Virus record (IMG/VR): IMGVR_UViG_3300027656_000021
Location: 1 to 37,329 of that record
Length of the DNA: 37,329 nucleotides
Origin: a virus
Lineage: Duplodnaviria > Caudoviricetes
Reading direction: 5' to 3' (one strand)
Shown here: positions 24,929 to 32,495 of the stretch, one piece after another
Layout: the number at the start of each line of letters is the position of its first letter
Position numbering within the stretch: the stretch's first letter is position 1
Position numbers and translations under genes: made by a program
The notes under the pieces: model-generated
Told to the model about the DNA's origin: nothing
The model's input: the letters and a program-made list of their open reading frames with translations, nothing else
Databases searched by the model: none

Positions 24929-25654
24929 TTATTCTCCTCTTAACTTTTCTAACTTGGCAATGTAGTTGGTCATCATGTGATCAAACACACCAATGTACTT
25001 TTGTCCTTTTGCTCTGGCTTTCAGTCTACTGCGAGCCATGTCTTTTATCTGTTGCCAGGGAGTTAGGTCTCTAAACTCACCTGTGAAGTTCATGTACCGG
25101 TGTGTGCCGTGATGTGCAAATCCCATTAACATAAAAGGAACTTTAGTCACATCATCGCAGTTGTTCTGTACCCTGTAATGATCTACCGTTAAACTCTTAA
25201 CAAATTCGGCATTGCCAACTCTTGGCGAGCCAAAGGTTACCAATGCAATCACACGATCTTGCATACGACTGGCAGCAATAGTTGCCATGGCCGCACCAAG
25301 ACTGTGACCAGTAACATAGATATTACCTGGGTTGGCTTCTAGTGCAGCAGTGATGCTGGGCCATAGTTTGTTTATCTCACCTTTGAAACCAACGTGTACT
25401 TTGCCACCACAGGCTTCAACGTTCTTACCGGCCTTTAAGTCTGCTAACACATCTGACTTTTCAGTTACTTCAGTGCCTCTAAAACTCAGCACGGTAATAG
25501 TACCATTAGTTAGTAGGTACGCCTGTGCGCCCTCAATGTCAAAGAATTGAATAATCTTATATCCCAACGCTTTGAACTTGGCTGTAGAAGTTTTAGGATT
25601 ATCGTAGGTAGTTTGCGCTATGTTGGCAAACTCTAATAACAGTTGTGTTTTCAT
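24929..25654 (-). CDS. class 3 lipase (alpha/beta hydrolase)
   Basis: SFRGTE, VHVGF, VTGHSLGAA, TFGSPRVGN, DDVTKVP, DH. Confidence 0.9.
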   Translation of the reverse strand: MKTQLLLEFANIAQTTYDNPKTSTAKFKALGYKIIQFFDIEGAQAYLLTNGTITVLSFRGTEVTEKSDVLADLKAGKNVEACGGKVHVGFKGEINKLWPSITAALEANPGNIYVTGHSLGAAMATIAASRMQDRVIALVTFGSPRVGNAEFVKSLTVDHYRVQNNCDDVTKVPFMLMGFAHHGTHRYMNFTGEFRDLTPWQQIKDMARSRLKARAKGQKYIGVFDHMMTNYIAKLEKLRGE

Positions 25655-25658
25655 TTTT

Positions 25659-26222
25659 TTAAATCCAAAGATATAAGCCGTTTAGGCTTAGTAGTATGCC
25701 AACGCCTGCTACAGCAAAACTGCCCCAGAACATGGCCACGCTGACTGCTAAAATACTTGCCGATAGCACAACAATAGCCAACTGGTAGGCTGTTGATGCA
25801 TATCCGATCCACGGACTGGACTTTTTGGCTTCATCACGCTCGTGTTCCATGGCTCGTGCTTTGGCAGCAATATCTGCCTTGTCCAAGTCCATACGCACTT
25901 TCTCAGACATAAATTCTGCTTTGAGTTTCGTATCATCTGTGGTTTTGGCAATAAGCTCATAGCTGACACCACGACTGACTTTGGCTTGATACTGTGCCCA
26001 TGCATTGTTAGCACCTAACGTATTGTTCAACACTGTGCTGCCTAGCTTGCCGCCATACCATGCGTTAACTGCCAACAACAGAGCAAATACACTAATTACC
26101 ATACCTGCTCGATCTTTAATTTTTGCTTCACGCTCTGAACGTGATCCTACTGGAGGTTTAGGTGCGTCTGGATCTTTAGGGTGCTTAGTAACTAAATTTA
26201 ATACGCTGTCAATTAATGCCAT
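25659..26222 (-). CDS. membrane protein, DUF4337-like
   Basis: TM, NNAWAQYQAK, coiled coil, two TM (QLAIVVLSASIL). Confidence 0.65.
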   Translation of the reverse strand: MALIDSVLNLVTKHPKDPDAPKPPVGSRSEREAKIKDRAGMVISVFALLLAVNAWYGGKLGSTVLNNTLGANNAWAQYQAKVSRGVSYELIAKTTDDTKLKAEFMSEKVRMDLDKADIAAKARAMEHERDEAKKSSPWIGYASTAYQLAIVVLSASILAVSVAMFWGSFAVAGVGILLSLNGLYLWI

Positions 26223-26246
26223 CTCTCGCTCCTACTTAATATACTA

Positions 26247-26861
26247 TTATTTAACGCTTTCGAAGATTTTCTTCTGCTCCCGGTACCATTCTTGCCACGC
26301 TCTTAATTTTTCTGCGTTTTCGTGACAGGCACCGTAGTTTTCAACGACTCTGTCGAGGAGCCTACTGGCTTCAACTCCACTGGGGGTTCCATCAGTTGCG
26401 GCGGCACGCTCGGGAACTTCATTACGACTGGCGCTGTCGTGCAAGCTGACAGTAGACTTAGGCAAAGTACACTGAGCATCCAACTGCTTGCCAGCAACTT
26501 CTTTGATGATTTCTCTGTTGACATAGACATTTTCCTTAATGACTTTAACTTTTGTAACTATTTTTGTTTCGATAACTGTGTTGACCTGTTGGCTTTTTTC
26601 TTCTGCAACTTTGACTTTGGCTTCTAATTCAGCCACACGGGCCAGCCACACAGATTGTACTCCGTGGCCACCGTAAAAGTAAGCCCCAACAACTAACAAC
26701 ACAACACCGACCAGTTCCGCTGGTAATTTGTATTGTCCCATCATGGGAATCCAGGTTACCAGTTTGCTGGCAATGTACAGAACAATGCCTGCTGACAGCA
26801 TGATATAATATATTAAAATAAAAATACTATCAGGTACAAGGCTCAGGAACCAACCAAACAT
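26247..26861 (-). CDS. inner-membrane spanin (Rz-like)
   Basis: N-terminal TM segments, periplasmic coiled coil, two Cys; contains a lipoprotein gene in another frame. Confidence 0.75.
   Translation of the reverse strand: MFGWFLSLVPDSIFILIYYIMLSAGIVLYIASKLVTWIPMMGQYKLPAELVGVVLLVVGAYFYGGHGVQSVWLARVAELEAKVKVAEEKSQQVNTVIETKIVTKVKVIKENVYVNREIIKEVAGKQLDAQCTLPKSTVSLHDSASRNEVPERAAATDGTPSGVEASRLLDRVVENYGACHENAEKLRAWQEWYREQKKIFESVK
26303..26530 (-). CDS. outer-membrane spanin lipoprotein (Rz1-like), fully embedded
   Basis: KK, hydrophobic stretch, lipobox LLSA-C, then Pro-rich mature part. Exact start uncertain. Confidence 0.75.
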   Translation of the reverse strand: MSMSTEKSSKKLLASSWMLSVLCLSLLSACTTAPVVMKFPSVPPQLMEPPVELKPVGSSTESLKTTVPVTKTQKN

Positions 26862-26862
26862 A

Positions 26863-26916
26863 TCAGGCCCCGAATATTTGTAATGCGTGATGATAATGTT
26901 TTCCAGTAAATTTGAA
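26863..26916 (-). pseudogene. possible remnant of a deleted GH19 endolysin
   Basis: Intergenic DNA reads FKFTGKHYHHALQIFGA*, with the stop 1 nt before the spanin ATG; resembles GH19 ends (local copy ...RIHHWNIALDLMEAE*). Confidence 0.4.
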
Positions 26917-27651
26917 TCATCTTCTTAACTCCGCTACCAATGCATATCCATTATTTTCTATAATAAATTTATTGTCAATTTTGTTGATGTTATATGGGCC
27001 AATGAATTTTGTAAGATATAATATTTCAGAAATATCATTAGGTGCCATTTGATATGCGCCCTGAATTGACTCGTAAATTCGTTGCCTACGACCAAAATCA
27101 GATATTACCAAATTCAAAGCACCATTAAAGGGTTTTTGCAAAGTCAATTGATCATGATCGAGATCAATACTTTCTAAATAACTTTTGTTAAAAAAGTTAT
27201 CCACATTCTCCATCTGAACTTCATTGATCTTGTTTTCATACTGATCCGGAGTAGTTGGCACTGCATCTATCAATGCTTGGAGATCTGCAGGATTTGATCT
27301 AAAACTTCTATAGTATCTAAATCTAAAATCTTCATTGTCCACTAATTTTTTTACACCATCTAATATTTCCACAATGTGAGAACTTAGATCTTTATCACGT
27401 TCCATCTCAACAAACACTTTGTACTTGCCTTCTTTGACTTCACCTGGGCTAACATCTGCGTCTAACACAAATTTATAACCTTTTTCAATAAAACTTTCTA
27501 GATCCTCGGCAGCATCTTTACTTTTTACATTGAAAGAAATTACAGAAACATCTTGATCATTGCCCATTTTACTGCTGTATGAATCAATTTCGAACACACT
27601 GTCAACAAGATATCTCAAATCAGCAGGTCTTAACTCTTCATTAAGGTTCAT
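26917..27651 (-). CDS. hypothetical phage protein
   Basis: 244 aa; FIEKGYKFVLDADVSPGE; coupled to upstream gene by ATGA. Confidence 0.75.
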   Translation of the reverse strand: MNLNEELRPADLRYLVDSVFEIDSYSSKMGNDQDVSVISFNVKSKDAAEDLESFIEKGYKFVLDADVSPGEVKEGKYKVFVEMERDKDLSSHIVEILDGVKKLVDNEDFRFRYYRSFRSNPADLQALIDAVPTTPDQYENKINEVQMENVDNFFNKSYLESIDLDHDQLTLQKPFNGALNLVISDFGRRQRIYESIQGAYQMAPNDISEILYLTKFIGPYNINKIDNKFIIENNGYALVAELRR

Positions 27652-28205
27652 ACTGCTGCTCCTGGTACTGCAGGCATTCCAGTAACTGCCGGTGCGCCAG
27701 CAGCCGGTGCCACAGCAGGAGCAGCACCATCTTGGCCTTGACTAGAATCTACTCTGCTGTTGCGACCAAAACGTTCGTTGCGTAATTTATCCATGTAACC
27801 TTCAAACATGTCAAACACTAATTTTTTAGGCATAGAGATAGTCACTACCCAAATAGCATGACGATCTAATTTGCCTTTCTTAGTGCCAGGACGAAAATCA
27901 TCAGGACTTTCAATCTTGCGAGGTTGTATAATAAAACTTTCTTCAAATTTTACTCTACAGTCGTGCTCAAGCAAACGTTTTGCAGCCCGAGGATTGGGCA
28001 TGTTTTCTTTTGGCCACATGAATTTACAAGTTACCCAATGTCGATCAACACGAGGTCCCTCTAATAATTCGCCTTCTAACCAATTTTCGTAGACGTAAAT
28101 ATCCAGGATTTCTAACACACGTTCATAGTCTTTTAAGACGCTCAGTGCGGTATTATTACTGTATAAGTTTTCTATATTTTTAATAACTTCTAAAATGTCA
28201 GCCAT
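27648..28205 (-). CDS. hypothetical phage protein
   Basis: 185 aa; Ala/Pro tail; TAAATA at 28229-28234 upstream. Confidence 0.75.
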   Translation of the reverse strand: MADILEVIKNIENLYSNNTALSVLKDYERVLEILDIYVYENWLEGELLEGPRVDRHWVTCKFMWPKENMPNPRAAKRLLEHDCRVKFEESFIIQPRKIESPDDFRPGTKKGKLDRHAIWVVTISMPKKLVFDMFEGYMDKLRNERFGRNSRVDSSQGQDGAAPAVAPAAGAPAVTGMPAVPGAAV

Positions 28206-28228
28206 AGTGTCTCGTTAATATACCACAG

Positions 28229-28287
28229 TATTTAGTTGACCTAAAAACAAATCATATCAGTTTACTTTTTGACAATATTAGTAAATA
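28229..28287. promoter_or_regulatory. divergent TAAATA late-type promoter cores
   Basis: TAAATA on the minus strand at 28229-28234 and on the plus strand at 28282-28287. Confidence 0.45.
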
Positions 28288-28292
28288 GTTGT

Positions 28293-28346
28293 GTAGGACC
28301 TGTGAGGATGGGCGGTCCCTACGGTCCTACTTACTTAACGTAGGAG
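28293..28346 (+). promoter_or_regulatory. structured phoH leader with alternative SD-sequestering hairpin
   Basis: GTAGGACC (28293-28300) pairs with GGTCCTAC (28323-28330); TCCTAC can instead pair with GTAGGA (28340-28345), which covers the SD. Confidence 0.5.
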
Positions 28347-28352
28347 AACTAG

Positions 28353-29069
28353 ATGAGTAAAAGAGTGAAGAAACGCTTTAATTCTGAAGTAAACGTGATT
28401 GATTTTCAAACCTATCTTCCGGCAAAGAAGCTCCGAGTGTCTTTACACGCTCGAAACGGCCACCAAGCACAATATCTTGAAAAATTACAAGACGACAATA
28501 AAAACATAGTTTTTGCTGTGGGGCCAGCCGGCACGGGCAAAACCATGCTGGCAGTGCAGGTAGGCGTTAAATTGTTTCAAGAAGGCAAATTTGACAAAAT
28601 CATAGTTACTCGTCCCGCCGTGTCAGTGGATGAAGATTTAGGATTCTTACCAGGAACCATGCAGGAAAAAATGGCTCCATGGACAAGACCTATCTTTGAT
28701 GTATTAGGAGAATATTATCTAAAAAAAGATATAGAAGACATGATCAACGAAGGTGTGATCGAAATTAGCCCATTAGCCTACATGAGAGGCCGAACCTTTA
28801 AAAATGCATATATCATTGCAGATGAAATGCAAAACGCTACCCCTAATCAAATGAAGATGTTGCTAACTCGATTAGGCGAAGGTTCTAAAATGATTGTCAC
28901 TGGAGATCTGAATCAAGCAGACAGACTAGATGACAACGGACTCATTGATTTTATACGTCATATTAATGAACAAAAATCATTAAAGTGTATAGACTTGCAA
29001 CAGTTTGATAAAAAGGATATCGAAAGACATACTGCTGTAAAAGAAGTATTATCACTTTACGGTGAATAA
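28353..29069 (+). CDS. phoH: PhoH-like ATPase
   Basis: GPAGTGKT, TRPAV, LGFLPG, YMRGRT, DEMQN, LTRLG, TGDLNQ. Confidence 0.95.
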   Translation: MSKRVKKRFNSEVNVIDFQTYLPAKKLRVSLHARNGHQAQYLEKLQDDNKNIVFAVGPAGTGKTMLAVQVGVKLFQEGKFDKIIVTRPAVSVDEDLGFLPGTMQEKMAPWTRPIFDVLGEYYLKKDIEDMINEGVIEISPLAYMRGRTFKNAYIIADEMQNATPNQMKMLLTRLGEGSKMIVTGDLNQADRLDDNGLIDFIRHINEQKSLKCIDLQQFDKKDIERHTAVKEVLSLYGE

Positions 29070-29095
29070 AAAAGGCTCCCCTGGGGAGCCTTTTT
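29069..29095. terminator. bidirectional rho-independent terminator
   Basis: AAAAAGGCTCCC-CTG-GGGAGCCTTTTT between convergent genes. Confidence 0.85.
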
Positions 29096-29114
29096 GTACT
29101 ACCACAGTTAACTG

Positions 29115-30029
29115 TTATAAATGACTTAGTCTAACCATAGTTGCTGCTAGATTAATTTCTGGATCACTTACCAGGGTGTGATCTGCTAGACCTTGTTTAA
29201 TAATCAAGATGGCTTTTTCCTGTTGAGCATCCTGACCAAACAATTCAATGTTGTCGTAGAGCCATCTAAAAATTTCTTCTACTTCTTCTGGTCTAATCTG
29301 GCTGCAAACAAGTTTTCTAGCCTGACTTACTTTTCCTTGTTTGAATAATTCCACCATCTGGATACGCCAGTCGGACAAATTAGCATCTACTTCATTTGGT
29401 GAAATCAGTTTTCCAGTGCTACTGTTCATTTGCACAGTATTGATACACTTACGCAAGTCTGGATATTTGGCTTTAACATAGGTATCTAACGTGTCAAGAT
29501 CAAATTCTATATTTTCTTCAACAAGAATAGTAGCAACCCTAGCAGTAAATTCTGTAGGATCAACTTTTTCAATATGAAATCCTTGGCACCGACTGTGTAG
29601 TGCTGGAATAATTTTGTTGGGATAATTGCAAGTAAGAATAAAACGTGCAGTAGTATGATATTCTTCTAACAGTCCACGCAGTGCTGCTTGAGCATTGTGA
29701 CTCAGATAATCAGCCTCGTCTAACAACACAACCTTGAAGTCCCCAAACGGAATCATCTGTACAAAGTTAGTGATCTTATTTCTAACATCATCAACTGAGT
29801 TAACACGACTAGCATTGATTTCTAACACATCGAGATCGTTAGTATCTAATAAATTCAAAAGAATCTTTGCCAATGTGGTTTTTCCAATGCCAGCATGTCC
29901 GCTGAACAACAGATGTGGAATAGTTTTTTCTCTAATCCAATTTTCAATTTGCTGCCGTTGGTTAGTGTCTCTAAACACATATCCATCTAATGTATTCGGG
30001 CGATATTTTTCTACCCATAGATTATTCAT
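29115..30029 (-). CDS. clamp-loader AAA+ subunit (gp44/RFC-small-like)
   Basis: LWVEKYRP, GHAGIGKTT, EINAS, LLDEADYL, ALHSRC. Confidence 0.93.
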   Translation of the reverse strand: MNNLWVEKYRPNTLDGYVFRDTNQRQQIENWIREKTIPHLLFSGHAGIGKTTLAKILLNLLDTNDLDVLEINASRVNSVDDVRNKITNFVQMIPFGDFKVVLLDEADYLSHNAQAALRGLLEEYHTTARFILTCNYPNKIIPALHSRCQGFHIEKVDPTEFTARVATILVEENIEFDLDTLDTYVKAKYPDLRKCINTVQMNSSTGKLISPNEVDANLSDWRIQMVELFKQGKVSQARKLVCSQIRPEEVEEIFRWLYDNIELFGQDAQQEKAILIIKQGLADHTLVSDPEINLAATMVRLSHL

Positions 30030-30081
30030 CTTTGTCCTTTGTATTTCTATGTTCTTTTGTATAAGGGTCAGTCATGTGTAC

Positions 30082-30110
30082 AGTATACAGAAAAAGAAAG
30101 GGCCTGTCAA
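30082..30110 (-). promoter_or_regulatory. near-consensus sigma70 promoter for the clamp loader
   Basis: TTGACA-17bp-TATACT. Confidence 0.8.
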
Positions 30111-30118
30111 GGCCCTTT
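30090..30118 (-). terminator. rho-independent terminator after the MazG-like gene
   Basis: AAAGGGCC-TTGACA-GGCCCTTT-CTTTTTC. Confidence 0.75.
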
Positions 30119-30121
30119 GAG

Positions 30122-30490
30122 TTACTTGCTCACAAACGGAGCCAACTCCGGAGGCATCCACCCTACAGGTTTCAATACCTTGCCGTCTTCACGTTTACGA
30201 ACCTTACCAGTTTCACTATCGATCTTGGCAAAGTTAGTTTTCATGACTTCTTTCCAGGCACCTTCAGCATCTGCACCCATTGAATGGATAGCACCAATTG
30301 TGACAACTAAAATATCAATAAGTGCATCTAGTTGTTCTACTGGATCTTCTGCTAGAGTAGCCTCTAGAAATTCTTGATGTTCTTCGGTAATGAGATTAGT
30401 ATACAGTGCAAATTGTAGTTCGTTAAATTTGCCAACACTTTGGTCACAAGCCCGCATGAATTTTTCTTGGTCGCGAAATGGATTGGTCAT
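30122..30490 (-). CDS. MazG-like/PRA-PH nucleotide pyrophosphohydrolase
   Basis: LITEEHQEF, LDALIDILVV, EVMKTNFAK, REDGKVLKP. Confidence 0.85.
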   Translation of the reverse strand: MTNPFRDQEKFMRACDQSVGKFNELQFALYTNLITEEHQEFLEATLAEDPVEQLDALIDILVVTIGAIHSMGADAEGAWKEVMKTNFAKIDSETGKVRKREDGKVLKPVGWMPPELAPFVSK

Positions 30491-30873
30491 TACTTGTTTT
30501 CTAATCTGTATGCTTCAACTGCTTCTTGAACTTCGATGCCCTTGGCAATATAAATGTCATTGGGTTTTTCATCTGCCTGTAGAAGAATGGCTTCAGTGTC
30601 TACTCTGCGAATAATTATTTCTTTGCCATCTTCTTCTACTTTGATTCCTCTAGTCCATCGTCCGTGTTCTACGTAGATCCATTTACCGATGATAACCTCA
30701 TCTTGTTCTGGACCAACGGCCCACACCCTAGCCCACCGAGGTTTAACGCCATGACTTTTACCGTCGTCACTTTGAAGAACAATGCCAGACGCAGTTTTCT
30801 GTTCTTCAAACCCCATGTCAATAACCAATACGTTGTTGCGCAATGGTCTTAATTTTCCTTTGACTACATTCAT
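30490..30873 (-). CDS. groES: GroES/Cpn10 co-chaperonin
   Basis: LRPLRNNVLV, KTASGIVL, VWAVGP. Confidence 0.85.
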   Translation of the reverse strand: MNVVKGKLRPLRNNVLVIDMGFEEQKTASGIVLQSDDGKSHGVKPRWARVWAVGPEQDEVIIGKWIYVEHGRWTRGIKVEEDGKEIIIRRVDTEAILLQADEKPNDIYIAKGIEVQEAVEAYRLENK

Positions 30874-30882
30874 GTGTGCCTT

Positions 30883-31107
30883 TTAAATGTCTTTGACAGC
30901 GTTGGGATTGTTTTGATAATACTCTGTCATAACATCTTCACGTTTGCGAATTATTTTACCACCTGGGCCCAATTCGTCTCCGCGAGCATTTACTCGAGCA
31001 TTACCCACTGCTGGAGTCATCTCGTTACGCATACGTAGTTTTTCTAGGTCAATTTCTTTTCCCAGCATTGATTTGTATACTTGTCTTTGTGCTTGTCTAG
31101 CCGCCAT
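30883..31107 (-). CDS. small hypothetical protein
   Basis: 74 aa with AAGGAG SD; AVGNARVNARGDELGPGG. Confidence 0.75.
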   Translation of the reverse strand: MAARQAQRQVYKSMLGKEIDLEKLRMRNEMTPAVGNARVNARGDELGPGGKIIRKREDVMTEYYQNNPNAVKDI

Positions 31108-31131
31108 AATACTCTCCTTTAATACACATAC

Positions 31132-31635
31132 TTATCTCATAAATTCAGAGAACTCTAAATTATATTTAATACTGTTTATTCGATGAACACCGATCAAATA
31201 CAGCACATAACTGGCCACACTTGATCCACGTCCTACGCCCCACACTGTGTTGTTTTCTCTGCAGGTATCTACAAAGTATTTTAACCAACGCAACAGATCA
31301 ATCATGTTTCTGTTGCGAAATTCTGCTAGTTCCATCTGTACTCTGGCATGATCTGGATCCCAGGGTGCTGCCTGATCGTAAATCCATTGTTCTATGTCTA
31401 GATCTTTGTACTGCTGAGGCATAATCCAATTATTTTGATTGCGATAATCGAACTGTTCTTGATCAATATCAGTTGTGGGTTTTTGAAATTCAATATTCAG
31501 TGCTGTTTGTAACTGCATGATTTCAGTATCTTGATCCACAATTAATTTGGACACTTTGTCTATGTGTCCTTGATAAATTATATCAATTATATCGTTGCTA
31601 TCAAATACAGACTGACCAAGATTGTTTATTTGCAT
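31132..31635 (-). CDS. dnaE: stand-alone fragment of DNA polymerase III alpha (DnaE)
   Basis: WGVGRGSSVASYVLYLIGVHRINSIKYNLEFSEF matches the DnaE GPGRGS..L.IT..DP..Y.L.FERF block; stops before the PDID motif. Confidence 0.8.
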   Translation of the reverse strand: MQINNLGQSVFDSNDIIDIIYQGHIDKVSKLIVDQDTEIMQLQTALNIEFQKPTTDIDQEQFDYRNQNNWIMPQQYKDLDIEQWIYDQAAPWDPDHARVQMELAEFRNRNMIDLLRWLKYFVDTCRENNTVWGVGRGSSVASYVLYLIGVHRINSIKYNLEFSEFMR

Positions 31636-31641
31636 GCATAC

Positions 31642-31670
31642 ATTTTAACTGACATTGATAAGATTGTCAA
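31642..31670 (-). promoter_or_regulatory. sigma70 promoter, probably leaderless transcript
   Basis: TTGACA-17bp-TAAAAT with 6 nt to ATG 31635. Confidence 0.7.
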
Positions 31671-31878
31671 GATCTTTACTGCGTTTTTGATACAATTGAT
31701 TAAGTTGTTGTTGCCTACGGTGTTGCATCTCACTTTTATACATGTCTAAAAACATGGTTATTTGTCGTTGCACATTGGTATTTTGAGTTTGCCAATATTT
31801 TTTTGACAGATCTTGAATACGCTGTTCGATCTCAGCATCCTTTAGTTGACTAAAATCTTCACTCAACGGATGTGACAT
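31645..31878 (-). CDS. small hypothetical protein
   Basis: 77 aa, helical; TAATG-coupled to upstream gene. Confidence 0.7.
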   Translation of the reverse strand: MSHPLSEDFSQLKDAEIEQRIQDLSKKYWQTQNTNVQRQITMFLDMYKSEMQHRRQQQLNQLYQKRSKDLDNLINVS

Positions 31879-32495
31879 TATAGATATGTTCCTATGAGAT
31901 TAGCAAACACTGTTATACCACCGTCATTGGAATACAGTTCAACAACTTTGGTTTCCCCTCCAGTGCTTAATGTTCTACCAGTAGTGTCTAAAGTTGTGCT
32001 TAATCTAAAAGTTCCTGCAGTAGTTACAAAAATAAATCTTGGAGTAAAGTCAGCGACACCGCCGGTAAACGAAATTTTGATGTTAGCATGAAGATTACTG
32101 ACTGGCCATCCACTCAGTCTCACAGTGAATTCTGGATTATACGACACAGAAGGTGTGGCATTTGACACTGCAAAATTTACATTGAAAAATTCTGCATCAC
32201 CAACATTGATAGCAACTTCGGGAGTAGCACCAGTACTGGCGTTGAATGTAAATGTGCCTTTGTTAGAAAATTGTGTGTAAACTTCTTGCAATTGTGCATT
32301 AGCCAATATGCCGCCGCCAAAATCATTGGCGTCGTTCAATTTTGCTGTGTTAGTTTCTAACGCAATTATCTCGGCCTTGGCAGTGGTAAAGGCTGATTTG
32401 ATATAGGTAAAATTATCCCTAAATCCTTGACTATTATTGTCTTGACCAGCCACTGGATAAGTCTGGTCGATTGAAGCGAAATTTATTGAACTCAT
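31878..32495 (-). CDS. probable tail/baseplate structural protein
   Basis: YPVAGQDNNSQGFRDNF followed by a short coiled coil and a beta-rich domain; TAAATA at 32529-32534. Confidence 0.6.
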   Translation of the reverse strand: MSSINFASIDQTYPVAGQDNNSQGFRDNFTYIKSAFTTAKAEIIALETNTAKLNDANDFGGGILANAQLQEVYTQFSNKGTFTFNASTGATPEVAINVGDAEFFNVNFAVSNATPSVSYNPEFTVRLSGWPVSNLHANIKISFTGGVADFTPRFIFVTTAGTFRLSTTLDTTGRTLSTGGETKVVELYSNDGGITVFANLIGTYL

